This document shows, one piece after another, positions 12,540 to 26,229 of a DNA stretch of 64,000 nucleotides. Every line of letters starts with the position of its first letter. Within the stretch, counting starts at the first letter, position 1. This DNA is from Octopus vulgaris (lineage: Eukaryota): NCBI GenBank assembly GCA_951406725.2, contig OX597821.1, forward strand, positions 48,546,001 to 48,610,000, in the 5' to 3' direction. Under the pieces are notes generated by a model. That model saw only the letters and a program-made list of their open reading frames with translations. It was not told the DNA's origin and did no database searches. The position numbers and the translations under genes are program-made.

Positions 12540-12722
12540 GGTTTCAAAATTTGGCACAAAGCCAGCAATATCGAGGCAGGGGATAAGTCAATTACATCGA
12601 CCCCACAGTTTAATTGATTCTTACTTTGTCAACCCTGAAGGAATGAAAAACAAAGTTGACCACGGTGGAATTTGAACTCAGAATGTAAAGATGGATGAAA
12701 TGCCACTGAGTATTTTGCCCAG
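12540..12722 (-). mobile_element. Diverged SINE copy
   Basis: Reverse complement of SINE B-box/body (ggaatttgaactcagaa). Confidence 0.7.
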
Positions 12723-12734
12723 TGTAATGTCAGT

Positions 12735-13622
12735 GTTCATACTCGACAGAGTGTAGGTACCTTGAGAGAAAAGTTGGACCTAAGAAGCATCAGATGTGGT
12801 GTGCAAGATAGACGACTGCACTGGTATGGCCATGTGGCAAGAATGGATGAGGATAGCTGTGTGAAAAAGTGCCACACCCTAACGGTTGAGGAAACCTGTG
12901 GAAGAGGTAGATCCAGGAAGACCTGGAATGAGGTGATGAAGCATGGCCTTTGAACATTGAGCCTCACCGAGGCAATGACTAGTGACTGGGACCTTTGGAA
13001 ATATGCTGTGCTTGAGAAGACTCGGCAAGCCATGTGAGTCCATAACCTCTGTGGCCTTTGCCAGGGGTGTAACCAGCCCACTTATATAATGTGTACCTTC
13101 CCTTCACTGGACAATAAACTCTGCTTGAGGCAAATGAAATCGAAATCGAAATCAAATTCGATGACTGGCATCCGTGCTAGTGGAGCGCTAAGAGTACCAT
13201 CCAAGTGTGATCGTTGCCACAGCATCAAACTGGCTTCCATGCCATTGTCATGTAAAAAGCACCATTCGAGCGTGATCGTTACCTGCGTCACCTTACTGGC
13301 ACTTGTGCTGAAGGCACGTGAAAAAACATTTGAGTGAGGTCATTGCCAGTGCCGCTGGACTGGCTCCTGTGCAGGTGGCACATAAAAAGCACCATTTAGG
13401 CATGACCATTGCCAGTACCGCCTGACTAGCCCTCGTGCCAGTGGCACGTAAAAACACCTACTACACTCTCAGAGTGGTTGGCATTAGGAAGGGCATCCAG
13501 CTGTAGAATCTGCCAGATCAGATTGGAGCCTGGTGCAGCCATCTGGTTTGCCAGACCTCAGTCAAATCGTCCAACCCATGCTAGCATGGAAAGCGGACGT
13601 TAAATGATGATGATGAGGATGA
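12735..13622 (+). mobile_element. RTE-clade LINE 3' end with 3' UTR
   Basis: RRLHWYGHVARMDEDSCVKK...GRGRSRKTW (RTE C-terminal motif); UTR with short internal repeats; (GAT)n tail. Confidence 0.8.
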
Positions 13623-13875
13623 TACATGTTAAGTTATAAATACAATATATATTGATATAAAAATAACATCAGCAAAGCAGCAACTCACGTGAACATTAGT
13701 TGAGTAACACCTTTCTTGAAACTTATCAAGAATGTGTACCTATTTGTCACTGGCTTCAATGAAATTCCTCCCTTGATATGTAGGAATCAGTGAACATTAC
13801 ATCAACTGGTATTGTGGAATGATTGCTATGCTGCAGAATAGGTTGTCACTATTGAGGTGATGTTGGTTTCACTTC

Positions 13876-14075
13876 AGGCAGTGAGCTGACAGAATTGTTA
13901 GTCTACCAAACAAAATGCTTAGTGGCATTTCTTCCAGCTTTACATTTCGATTTCAAATGCTGCTGAGGTCGACTTTACCTTTCATCCTCTGGGGTCATTA
14001 AAATAAGTACCAGTCAAGTACAGGAATCAATATAATTGACTATCCTCACACAAAACTGCTGGTCTTGTGCCTATA
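13876..14075 (+). mobile_element. Diverged SINE copy
   Basis: ggcagtgagctgacagaa...gaggtcgactttacctttcatcc. Confidence 0.7.
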
Positions 14076-14088
14076 TTAAAAACATATA

Positions 14089-15609
14089 CAGCCTTGGCCA
14101 AGATTATGGTACAGGTATGAAAAAATGGAGAATATGATTGAAACTCATTTACTTGAAAACAGTATGATAAACATTCTAGAGTCTATCCCATCAATAATTA
14201 ACATTTTATGCGTCTTCCTTTTGCTTTTATAACTGCTTTTATGCATTTTTGCATACTTGAGACTAAGTTGGTGAAAGTGGCTGGATCAGTTTTCTGCCAT
14301 TCTTTATGAATTTTGGCTTCTAATTTGCAGTTTGAAGAACATTTGTCCACCCTCTTGTACCTAAGTGTCACCACAAATGTTCAGTGGGATTGAGGTCTGA
14401 AGACTTGGGAGACCATTTCATCACCCTCATCCCTTTCTCATCAAACCAACCCATTGAGACTCTGGATGCGTGACATGGGGCATTATCTTGTTGAAAGATT
14501 ATGCCATTTAAGATGTTATCATTGAAAATTTTAGCTAAGTAATGTTGATAAACTTGAACTAACATGCTGGTGTAAATGTTGGAATCCATTCTGTCCTCAA
14601 AAGTGAACAACATTCCTGGGTTTGAAGATGACATGTAACCCCCAAGCCAGTATGCTTCCTCTTCCAAATGTGACTTTTGGGACAACTCATCCAGGATGAT
14701 AAACGTCCCCAACTCTACAACGAACATAAACAGCTTTATGAGTTACAAAGATCTGAAGAGAAAAAAAATTTACTGATCATTTTTGGTATCAATTAAAACA
14801 TTGTAAAAATTTCAATTATGCCTATTAAAGTGGTGAAAATAAATGTGGAGAACCTTCATCAAAGTTACTTTCATTAGACCAAACAACTTTCGCCCAATGA
14901 TCATCAGTCCAATCTTCATGCTCTTTTACCCCAAACAATTGCTTTTTTTCATGTTCCCCTCAGACAGCAATGGCTTCTTTCTGGCCTTACATCCTTTGAG
15001 CCCAGATTCCAAAAACTTTCTTTTTTACACTGTGTGAGTTGATATCTCCTTGTTTGTTGCCACCTGAAACTCAGCAGCTACGTCAGAAGAGTTCACATTC
15101 ATATTGGCCAGAGATGTCCTCTTCAGCAACCTGTCTTGCTTCATGGTTGTACACTTTTTGCAGCCTCGTCCTTTACAGTTTTTTAAAGAATTTGTCTCAT
15201 TGTACCTTTTGATAGACATCTTTTCTCGAGCATTTCAATTTTCTTGCAATTTCAACTTGCAATTACTTGAGCCCTTCTGAGCTTCAGGAATCTATTTCTT
15301 TAAAAGCATTTTCAACAAACATGGACCACTGATAAGTTATCAATAAGATATTCACTGAAAAATAGGAAATAACATTAGTGTCACACAATGAGTGGTAGAA
15401 AATTGACCCAGCCACTTGTGCCAATTTAGTCTCAAGTGTACAAAAATGCATAAAAGCAGTTACAAAAGCAAAAGGAGAACACATTAAATATTAATTATTA
15501 ATATGATAGACTCTAGAATGTTTATTATACTGTTTTCATTTATTAAGTAAATTAGTTTTAATCATACTCTCCATTTTTCATACCTGCTCCATAATTTTGG
15601 CCAAGGCTG
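14089..15609 (-). mobile_element. Tc1-family transposon with ~220-bp TIRs, defective
   Basis: TIRs begin cagccttggccaa, TA flanks; minus ORFs with FQQDNAPCH and WSPKSSDLNPTEHLW (D,D34E), N-terminal GRG.K..T..QDR. Confidence 0.9.
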
Positions 15610-15734
15610 TATATTGTTTTCAACACATCGATGTAAAGATTTTCTCTCAGACAAAAATTGCAGCAATGTGCCTTATACAATGCATATTTTGTATATTAGA
15701 CAGATGGATATTTTACTTTAATCCTGTTTCACTT

Positions 15735-15930
15735 CATCAGCGGCAGCAGCATTTAACGTCCATTTTGCATGCTGGACAGTTTGACAGGATCAGTGAGCTG
15801 CAAGGCTACACTGAGCTCCAGTGTCATTTTGGCATGGATACTAGAGTTGGATACCCTTCCTAGTTCCAACCACTTTACAGAGTGCACTGGGTTCCTTTCT
15901 CATGCCACTGACACCAGTGAGGTTGCTATG
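15735..15930 (-). mobile_element. RTE 3' UTR fragment
   Basis: Reverse complement of the 13440-13620 tail ('catttaacgtcc...ttccaaccact'). Confidence 0.6.
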
Positions 15931-17949
15931 TGAACTTGCAGCACAGAAAAAGAACAGGAGAAACAAAGAAAAGCTCCTACTACTAAGAGGAAAGTGTTAG
16001 AGATAGGGAGGTGAAAGTGAATGGCTTTATGCCAGATGTTGCAAAACTAAAGCATGATGGAGAAACAAGCAGAGGTGTCTTGTAGAAGAAATACATGGCT
16101 GAAAGAGATTAAAGAGAGGGAGGTGGTGAGGAATTGCTAAAGCAAACACTCAACATACAGGAGGGTGAGCAACAGTGAGGAGGGAAGAGTGGACACTTTC
16201 ATAAAGGGTGAGGGGAAATAATAGCCGGTTAAAGATGAGGGTAGTGATGAATGTAGTGAGTGATGAACAAGGATGGTGGTGCAGTTGAAGGGAAATAACA
16301 GTATGGAGAGGAGTAAAGTGAGAGATGTAAGAGTGGCTCATGAAGGAGAATAGAGCTGAAAGTAGTGGAATGATGATGATGTGTGTGAGTGCTACCATTT
16401 TGCATTTGTACTTCAAAGCTAACTCCAGTTGAGTAATTGTGTTTATTATGATTGTTGTTATAGTAATCATCAGTTTACTCCACTAGCACACAAAATAGAA
16501 ATGAAGTATGAAAGCTATTGTTTTGTCAATCATGTTATTACAATGATTATCATATGATGAGACCCTTATGATCATGACTGATCACTAATCACATCACTAA
16601 TCACACCTTAACTGCTTAATGCTCAAATATATATATACCTAGAGAAGCTATCTTTATCAGAATTAATAGTTAAACTATCTTTAACACATGTAAAGTAATG
16701 AGCAAGGAAACTTCAATTAAGACACTCCCTGAAGTAAAAGGGAGGCATTAAGAACATTTGAGATGTTACTGTTGTCTCTTATACATACCTAGAACAAATA
16801 TAATCATTACACAAATGTTTCCTCCTCATTATTATAGGGAGAGTGTTAGTTAATTAAATTTTTTTTTATGTTTACATTACATGTATTGACATTGATTTCT
16901 GTAACTTATCAGTAAATGTAATTCAAAATGAAGTGGTTACCATCAGATGGTAAACGAGGCAAAAATGTTTATGACCCAAACTATTGCATCAAATATCATT
17001 TGTTTCTATATATGAGATGTCAAATTTGTTGGTTTCTCTAAGATATTTGTTAAACTACTTCTTTACCATAGTTTACTCAACAACAAAATTATTGTCTATT
17101 TAGAAAAATTTGTTTGCCTTTTTTTATAAATTTAAATTCCATTTCATCAAAAGTATTATTGTGATATATTCCTTATTTTATTTCTTTCTTTGTTAGCATT
17201 GTTTAGAAAGATCTTGCATGGTTGAACAGTGCTATGATTTATTTGCCATTTATATAGCAGCGCTAGCAACTGCAGCAGAAGTCAGTTCTGGTTAAATAAA
17301 CACCATCCATGCCTGAACAGCTTAGGAATGATTCCCAAAACTCATTAGGTGAACAAGCCTAATTACCACATGCAATAATTCTCAAAAGTTGGACAACAGC
17401 AAAATAAGAATCAAAAAACAATTTTTATTACAACAACATCCTGGTATTACTAAGGAATCAATTCTGAAGTATATAATGACTGGAGGTTAGGATACCAAAC
17501 TAACAACTATATAAACACAAATTCAGTTCTTACTACAGACACTAAGTGGTGCAGATTTATGAACAGCATTAGACAGCTGTATATTCAACTTTATAATTAA
17601 ATTCAGAGCAGTATATGAAATTACCCAGCTGTTAAAATTATAACAATGTGTACAATAAAATCTCTTCTATCCAAATAAGCATCAAGAAAAGTGATGTGTG
17701 TGTGTGTGTGTGCGCGCACACAATTCTCCTTTTCATTTTTCCATAAATATTAATTATTATTTTTCTTTTCAAAATTGGTACTGAGCCACACATTTTGGAT
17801 GGATGAAGTAACTGATTAAATTAATCTCAGTAGATGTTTGACACTTTCATGACCTTAGAAGAATGAAAGATAAAGATAGCCTCAGCAGAATTTGATCTTA
17901 GAATATAAAGTGATGTAAGTACATCCCAAAGCATTTTGGCTTTTAATCC

Positions 17950-18540
17950 ACCATTGGAAGTAGTTTAGGGAAGGCTTGATAGATGGAGAAGCCATGTGTA
18001 AGCCTAAATTTGCTGCCAAAAGAGGGAACAGCTATTCAATTTCGCATGATCTCTGTCATAGATATAATATATCTTCTACATGATAACGTAAACTAATGTG
18101 TTTGACTGGTCTAGTAATAGAATTGGTAGAATAACAAGAAAAACAGAAAAAGGATTGTATGATTGGTAGGAAAAATGATGGTGCACCATCAGTTTTCCTA
18201 CCAATCATATATAAGGTTGTCCCAAAAGTTCGTAGAAAGTCTTGGAAAATAATGGTCTTTATTTTGAGGAATAATTTTTGTTGTTTTTGTTAGTGCTTGG
18301 CGAGTAAAAATTCAATTTTCGCAAGTGTTTATGAACTTTTGGGACAACCTAATAATTATTCTACCAATTCTATTACTAGACCAGTCAAACACATTAGTTT
18401 ACATTATCATGTAGAAGAAATATTATATCTATGACAGGGATCATGCAAATTTAAATAGCTGTTCCTTCTTTAGACAGCAAATTTAGGCTTACACATGGCT
18501 TCTCCATCTGTCAGGCCTTCCCCAAACTACTTCCAATGGT
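17950..18540. repeat. Long fold-back palindrome (185-bp outer arms plus central palindrome 18158-18210)
   Basis: 17950-18134 is the reverse complement of 18356-18540 (about a dozen mismatches by eye); centre gtgcac with no spacer. Confidence 0.92.
18213..18350. mobile_element. Tc1/mariner-type MITE
   Basis: TIRs aggttgtcccaaaagttc / gaacttttgggacaacct, TA context. Confidence 0.75.
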
Positions 18541-19539
18541 ATTTTTAAAAAGTAGACACATTCGGTTAATATAATCTGTATCTAAGTAAAGCTGACTGAG
18601 TCCAATAATAAATTGAGTTATATAAATGATGCTGATGTGCAGATTAAAATAACAACTGAAACACTAAAAATTAGGCAATGAGTAAGATTCCATGTCTACT
18701 TGATTGCTTGGTCTGTTAGAAATTAAAACCAAATATCCATCATATCACATCTTAGAATTATTAAAAAAGGGGGAGGACATTTTGAACTATGAGATCTTAG
18801 ATAGACTATGCTAGAACAAAAGATAGAATTGTGAAGGCTAGAATGGGTTTTTTACTATAAGTCTGACCTACCACATCAGCATCAGCTACAATAAATGACC
18901 TTCCACCTTCATACTAGAGGGGCAAACATTGTAAAATATGAGTAAGAAATGGAATGATGCAACATGATATTGAGATGTTAATAATAGTAGTGAAGACTGT
19001 GCAGTGGGAGATACAGAACTCAAGAATTTGTCCTTCCATTAGTTGTACACAGTTAATTTGTTGAGAAAAGAGAAATGGAAAGAGTAAATGAAATACAGAG
19101 AGATAGAATGAAAAAGTGGGAGGTAGGCAGCTGATTATTAAGACATCAATGGTGTTGTGTATAAGAAACATGATTGCAATGGGAAAGAGATGTGATATGA
19201 CAAGTGAAGAGTGAAAAAACAAACATAGAAAGCATTAAAGAGTTGATGATTGAGTGTTGGGTGAGAGTAAGATATGAGACAATAATATATTGTAATGAGC
19301 AGTGACATATTTGCTGCATGTATGTATGTGTGTGTGTATTTATGTATGTCATTATTCAGCTTTATTTCAAGATTTCTTGCCAATAGAGAAAAAATTTGGT
19401 TTCTAACCTAGATCCAAGGTTCCCTCATTGGAATTTCAACATCAACAACATGGTATTTTTGTTTGTATGTATGTGCAGATTTGTATGCTTTGTTTTATGT
19501 ATGCATTCTCATGCATATAGTCTAGACATGTTCATATAT

Positions 19540-20870
19540 ATTTAAATGATAAACTTCTGGAAAGTTTTACAGATTTTTACAATTCCAGTGATGGATTGGA
19601 TCTGAAGTTTTTGAATTAGCTTTCTCCTTTCAGGTTTTGAGAGGCCTAATTCCTCAAGATTGTTATTTAAGTAGTGTACTCCAATAATTACAGGTATAAA
19701 CCTGAACTTGTAATCTGGATAGAGTAACTGCAAATTTCTCAATAGTTCAGCATAGGTATTCTCTTTTCCACTGATCTTTAGCTTTATACTAACATTTGCT
19801 TGCCAGCTGATTTCCATAAATGTACACAGTTTCTCTTCTCCATTCCAAATTATTATATCAGGTTTATCATGCTTACATTTTATTGAGGTTTTCACTTGGA
19901 CATTCCACCAGTACTGCTTTTTATTATGAGTGGCTATGGCTTCTATCATACTGTGGGTTTATATTTCTTTGTCCTTGGGGGTATCCTTTTGACAGATCTC
20001 ATACAGTGTCCTTGATACATTATGTCTCATTGGTAGATAATATTGTGATGACATATATGATGACAACTCTTTATGATGTGGATGAGATCTTTGATGTTAA
20101 CTCCACAAAGTCTGCATCAGTTGTCACATTTTGCTGCTTTTCCTGCATCTCTCTCCCTTTTGTGCATCAGGTATTTGGTTAATATTTCCTGTTCCTGGAT
20201 TGCAAACGCATACTCTTCAAAGTGGGATGTAGTAATCTGGCAATTGGTCCATGATAGACTGCTTTGAGGATCAATGTGACTATCATCTCAAAGGTTTCTA
20301 CTAACATATCCATGCATAGTCTTCTGCTCATATAGGCTCATCCGTTCATCTGATGGTACATTGCAGGCTATCACATAAGGAATGTTGCTCAAGGAGCCGC
20401 CTTCCAAGTCTTGTGATGTTATCAGCCTCATGTATACAAACTTGGCCAAGGGATGCAGTTCGACACTTGGAGGTTAAAAGACGTTGCTGAAAGCATTTTG
20501 GATTAATTTTAAGCCTCTGCCGCCTTGTTTACGTTTTAGGTACAGGTGGTCTATGTCACTGTTTCTGTGGAAATTATGCATGCTTGTTAGTATTTTTGGG
20601 GTTTTCACATCAATGGCTTGGATCTCATCAAGCGTCCAATCAAACAGCCCAAATGTTGGTATGAGTACTGGGCACTGCAGACACATTGTGGAACACTGTT
20701 TGATTGAATGCAGAGAGTTCTGAGGTCCAACTTTTCTTTATTTGGCTATAATATTCTTTAGTGACATGTGTTTTGTTACAGGTGCTATTGGAAGATATAT
20801 TTTCATCCATCCCTAGATACCTGTAACATTGCTCATCAGATGCAGAGGGAAACAGTCAAATCATTGATGG
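19540..20870 (-). mobile_element. Dong/R4-like RLE LINE, degenerate 3' half
   Basis: KPDIIIWN...KENTYAELL...FIPVIIG (RLE endonuclease); LYLKRKQGGRGLK and YRYLG-like RT-thumb remnants. Confidence 0.8.
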
Positions 20871-21097
20871 AGATGTTACTAGTATGGTTTATAGTTTATG
20901 TTCATACCTACACATGCGTGCCCGCACACCCATGTGCATGCACCTAAAAGTATGCATTCATCCACCCTCACTTGAAAACGTACATATCCTCACCATTTTT
21001 ATCAATATATATATATATATAATAATAATAATATTAGGGAGTATGGCTCCAAACTTACAGAGAAAAATTAGATTTAGGATTAAATCAAATTTCACAG

Positions 21098-21297
21098 TAT
21101 AAATATATAAAATATGAATTAGAGATAAAACCACTATTAGGCAACTCAAACATTGATAGACATAAACCAATACATAAATAACAAATAAATATAAATATAA
21201 TTAATATAATATATATTTATAAAAATATATATAAATTTTTGTTTCTCAAAAAGTTGCCTAATAGTGGTTTTATCTCTAATTCATATTTTATATATAT
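21098..21297. repeat. ~50-bp inverted repeat pair around an AT-rich spacer
   Basis: taaaatatgaattagagataaaaccactattaggcaact vs agttgcctaatagtggttttatctctaattcatatttta. Confidence 0.75.
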
Positions 21298-22629
21298 ATA
21301 TATATATATAGATAGATAGATAGATAGATAGATAGATGATTATCACAGCCCATGCATTAAGCATCAAATAGCTACTTCAGTGTACAAGTAACACATTTAG
21401 CTTCAAATAACTTATTTTTGTTCCCAAACCACATCTCATCCACACCTGATTTGTCATTTTCTCCTCATCTTACCCCGAAAAGGATAATTTGTATAAATTT
21501 CCATTGATCTCCGAAGAATGCAAATGAAAAGCCATGCTAATCTTGGCATGGACTTAAACTAACATGCCATTCATATGTTCACACATTCTGAACCACATCA
21601 TTAAGCCACACATTAAACAGTTGATTGCCCCAGTTAGCAGCAGCCCTTTCATCACATTGTTAGTCAGAGACACACTCCATGCAGTTACACAATTTGATCT
21701 AGAGGTAAGCAGAAACTAACTGCTATGATAGTTCCTCTTGAAAACTTTGTCATAGGATTTAGTATAGCTTCTCACAGAATAATGCTTCTCACAGAATAAT
21801 GCTTCTCATATACCTCTTAGATAGGAATTAAGTTGGTATTCACATATTTAATGTATGCAACATTATAAACCTCAACTGGGTCAACTAAATATTATACAAT
21901 GTCAAAGGTTATTGTTTCACTCTGTTTTCTTTCAGGTAGAGGAGACAACTACAGAAATGATTCATAACTACAGGGTTTCATCAGAAGAATTTCAATGTTG
22001 CTAGGAATTGATGAAATGACAGCAAATATCACAATAAATATGCACAAATGTAGATTTATTGCCTTGGAGAAGAGAATTATTTAAGTATTAAATATTTGTG
22101 AAATGAATGAAATTTTTTCTATGTCTACCTGCAGCAATCTCTACAACTGATACCAAGCCACTACTGAGTAACTTGTACATAGTTTTTCTCAGTCAACTGA
22201 CTGTTTCTCAAAAGTTAACATAATTTTAAATCGATATATACATCTAATTAGGTAGTTAGAAGGAAGTAGAACAGTGCTAGTGACCAATTACAGGCAATCT
22301 GAGACAGGTGTAAGGATATTTCTATTTGCCAATTTTCTTGTACAAGTTTTTAGTTAACTCAAACCTATAGCATACAGCACTTTGGTCAACTCAAACCTAT
22401 AGCAGAAAGCATTTGGCCAATACTTTAAATGAAGTGGAAACAAACCATATAACTGCAAATTAATTTCTTAACTATACAGCTATGCTTTTCTCATATTGAA
22501 GGAAACTGATCTGGTTGTGTTTATGGTTGAACAAATACCATTTGTATGAAATGGCATTTGTTAAACAATATTCAGCGCATTTGTAAGCCAAAATCTAGCA
22601 ACAAGTACATACATACAGGCATATATACA

Positions 22630-22660
<31 letters not shown>

Positions 22661-22704
22661 GTACATACGTATATATGTATATACGTATGTGTAGTGTATA
22701 TATA

Positions 22705-23871
22705 TCAGGTCATCCCATAAGTTGTCCAATTTTACCTTTTTTAAAATTGAATGAAATTTTAAAGTATTTTAGAATGTCTAATGGAATTAAAAATTATATA
22801 CATTTGTATACATTTAAACTAATTAGATATTATTACAGAATAATAGCATTAGAATTTCTTTGATTAAAACCCTTTCTAACATGGAAGTATCCAAAGAGCA
22901 TTTGAGGCACATAATGCTTTATGAGTATAAAAAAGGAAACTCTGCAGCTGAAGTGACTCAAAACATACACTCAGTTTATGGGAAAGAATGCTTGAATGAA
23001 GGAACTTGCAGAAGATGGTTTGCAAAATTCAGAAGTGGAGATTTCAGCCTTGAAGATGAAGCTCGAACAGGACGTCCAGTTGAAGTTGATCTTGATGATA
23101 AGCTCCTTGAAGCATTACTTGAAGAAATTCCTGCATTATCAGTTGAAGAATTGGCAATAAAGCTTAGTTCAAACCATACAACTGTTCATCGCCATCTTCA
23201 ACAACTTGGAAAATGCGTGCCTCATGAATTGTCCGAAAGCAACTACAAATACTGAGTTGACATCTGCTCTTCTCTCCATTCTTGCAAACTCTTTTTGGAT
23301 AGACTTGTGTCTGGTAACGAAAAATGGATCTTCTATTGAAATGTTAACCGTTGTAAACTGTGGCTTGGTAAAAGGGAAAAGCTCAACCACAACGGAGAAG
23401 GGAACTTCATGTCTACTGTCAGCAATTAGACCATTTGAATGAAGCTTTGAAGAAAAAGAAACCTACTTTAGTGAATCGAAAAGAAGTGATGTTTCATCAG
23501 GACAAAGCACAACCCCACACTGTAAAGATCACATCACAGAAGATCAAAGAGCTTGGTTGGGAAAAAATTCTTCATCCACCTAATTTCCCGACCTTGCTCC
23601 TTCAGACTACCATTTATTTCATAGTTTACAAAATCATTTGGGGGACATAACTTTCGCAAGCCAGGAGGAGGTCGAACGTGAAATTTCAGAGTTCCTCACT
23701 TTGAACCCAAAAGCGTTTTACATTGATGGGATTAAAAAGCCTGTAAATAGATGGAAGTACTTCATAGATAATCAGGGAAAGTACATTGATGATTAAATTT
23801 CAATTAAAAATAACATTTGATCACTTGTTTTCTTTATTCAAAATTCAGTCAGAACTTAAGGGATGACCTGA
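22705..23871 (+). mobile_element. Mariner transposon (Mos1/Hsmar-like), degenerate
   Basis: TIRs tcaggtcatccc / gggatgacctga, TA flanks; HLRHIMLYEY...WFAKFRSGDFSLED, CVPHEL, FHQDKAQPH, HPP..PDLAPSDY. Confidence 0.92.
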
Positions 23872-25054
23872 TACATATGTATGTGTATGTGCATGTGTGT
23901 GTGTGTGTGTGAAGATAGTGGTTTAATGGTGAGTCTAGTAGTTGTCATGGCAATGATAATGTTGGTAGTAATATTTGTTATATGGTAGTATTGGTGCCAG
24001 TTGTACTGGTATTGGCTGTGTAATTGTTTGGCACTTATTATTAGTGGCAGTGGTAGTTGTGCCTCTTAAATTATAGTTTGAGAGATTAAGCCAAGCTAAA
24101 AGTCATTCAGTTTTGTTCTATAAAAATGACTTCAGAAAGTTTGAACGTTAAATTATCAATGTAGATATGAAATGAGAGGAAGGAAAATGCCTGGATTTCA
24201 GTGATTGTATGGCAGCATTACTGATAGTTTAGCATTCAGCTGAAATAAGAGATTAAATCAACACTACTAAGATTCTATGGTTTAGAATCTTATCAATGTT
24301 GAGTTATGCTTTCATTCTTTTCTGCTGATAACACTGACTGTAGCTAATCTCTAACACTGATCAGTTTTAAGTAAGAGATGTTATAAGTTTTCTCTTTGTT
24401 CTATCTTTTAGTTGGCCTATAACTTTTGGTGATAGGTCTTTGTGCCAGACTAGAGATTAACTAAGTGTGTGTGTGTGTGTGTGTGTGTGAGGGGGTGCTT
24501 GTGTGAGTATCCCTTTCAGTATGTATGTGACCGTGTGTTTCATGGTAGTACTGGTAAAGGTTGTTGTAATTATGTTGACTAGGTTAGTAGCAGCAAAGGT
24601 ATTAGCAATTGGTAGGTAGAGCCAGTGGTTGCAATGGAGAAATCATACCACAGTATGGTAGTGGTATGAGTGGTAGTTAAACTGGTTGTCTTTTTTCATA
24701 AATACAATAAGTGATTTGCCATAAATAATAAGCAGTGTTGTCCCATGACAATGCAGTGCTGAAGATGGCAGCAAGTTTCTACATATAGTCCACTGAGATG
24801 ACAGAATTTTATACTAGTTTTCCACCAGACACAGATTTTTCTCTTTCATCATTGTTGCTTCATTTCACTTTTTATTGTCATTCAACCACCAGGTAGACTG
24901 GGTTAAAGAAGAATAAACTTTCTTCAACAGAATCACACAAACACACACACATACACATACACACATTGGAATTGTGGTTCCCAAAGCACATCAAATACAG
25001 CTTGTATAAAGAATAGCTTGTAAATATTGAGTTGAAAACCCTTTTGGATAGCAA

Positions 25055-25110
25055 AAGCTGACCATGGGACTTGAACCCACATCTCCTGTAGAGATGACAG
25101 ATGTTTTACT
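25055..25110 (-). other. tRNA-like (SINE head) remnant
   Basis: Minus strand ctgtcat...ggagatgtgggttcaagtccc B-box; no full cloverleaf. Confidence 0.35.
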
Positions 25111-25169
25111 AAGGAATCAAAGCAATTCTTTGAAAATCTCTATTCATTTTAGAAATTTTATTATCAGTG

Positions 25170-26183
25170 AGAAGGTGCTATAGCTGAAAGAACCGCTCGT
25201 GATTGGTATGCCAATTTCAAAATTGGGAATTTTGACCTCAAAGACGCACCTCGTTCTGGCCGTCCAGTTGAGTTCCACGAAGAGCGATTAAACCAACTTT
25301 TGCATGAAAATTCTCGTCAAATGACAAGGGAACTGGTAGAGAAAATGGAATGCTCCCACATTGCTATACAGAAGCCTCTTCACTCGATGGGAAAGGTTCA
25401 GAAGTATGAAGCGTGGGTTCCGCATGCTTTAAGTGACAACAACAACAAAAATCAACAAGCCACAATCTCCGCTGGTTTGCTTGCACATCACCGCTCAGCT
25501 CATGGACACAAGCAACGATTTCTTTACCGAATCGTTACTGGCGCCGAAAAATGGTGCCTGTACATCAATATGAAGCAACATAAGGAATGGCTTAGCCCCG
25601 GTAAACAAGCGACACCGCGCTTAAAATAAGATCTTCATCCGCGTAAAACGATGTTGTGCGTATGGTGGGACAGGAAAAGGATTATCCATTACGAATTACT
25701 TGAACGGAACCAAAAGGTCAACGCAGAACTCTGTTCAACAGATGGAACGACTCAACACGGCTATTCAAGAGAAAAGACCTAATCGGCGGCATAGAGTTCT
25801 TCTGCTGCACGACGACGCCCGCCTTCATATCGCCAATATGACCAAGGAAGCCATTCAAACGCATAGCTGGGAAGTGCTGCCACACCCACCATACACTCCT
25901 GATTTGGCACCAATGGATTTCCATCTCTTTCGATCTCTTTCAAATGCTATGCGCAGAGTTTCGTTCAATACTGATGCAGAATTGAGAGCTTGGTTGGATC
26001 AATTTTTCGAGTAGAAATCGGGTAATTTCTATCAACGAGGTATTGAAAATCTTGTTGAACGTTGGGAAGAAGTTGTAAACAACAAGGGTGAATACATTAT
26101 TGATTAATCAGTTGTTATTTTTTATTAAATCTTTTAAAATATTTAAACTTTTAAAAACGGCGGGAATTTAGTTGCCAACCCAA
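25170..26183 (+). mobile_element. Mariner transposon, 5'-truncated and degenerate
   Basis: PRSGRP, WVPHAL, IVTGAEKW, LHDDARLH, HPPYTPDLAPMDFHLF; 3' TIR ...ttagttgccaacccaa-ta. Confidence 0.9.
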
Positions 26184-26229
26184 TACAATTGAAGGATGGA
26201 GAGATAATACCAGATATGAAAATAACACA

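Noticed and set aside
25055-25110. tRNA-Asp gene
   Set aside because: Only anticodon- and T-arm-like remnants; no acceptor stem or D arm
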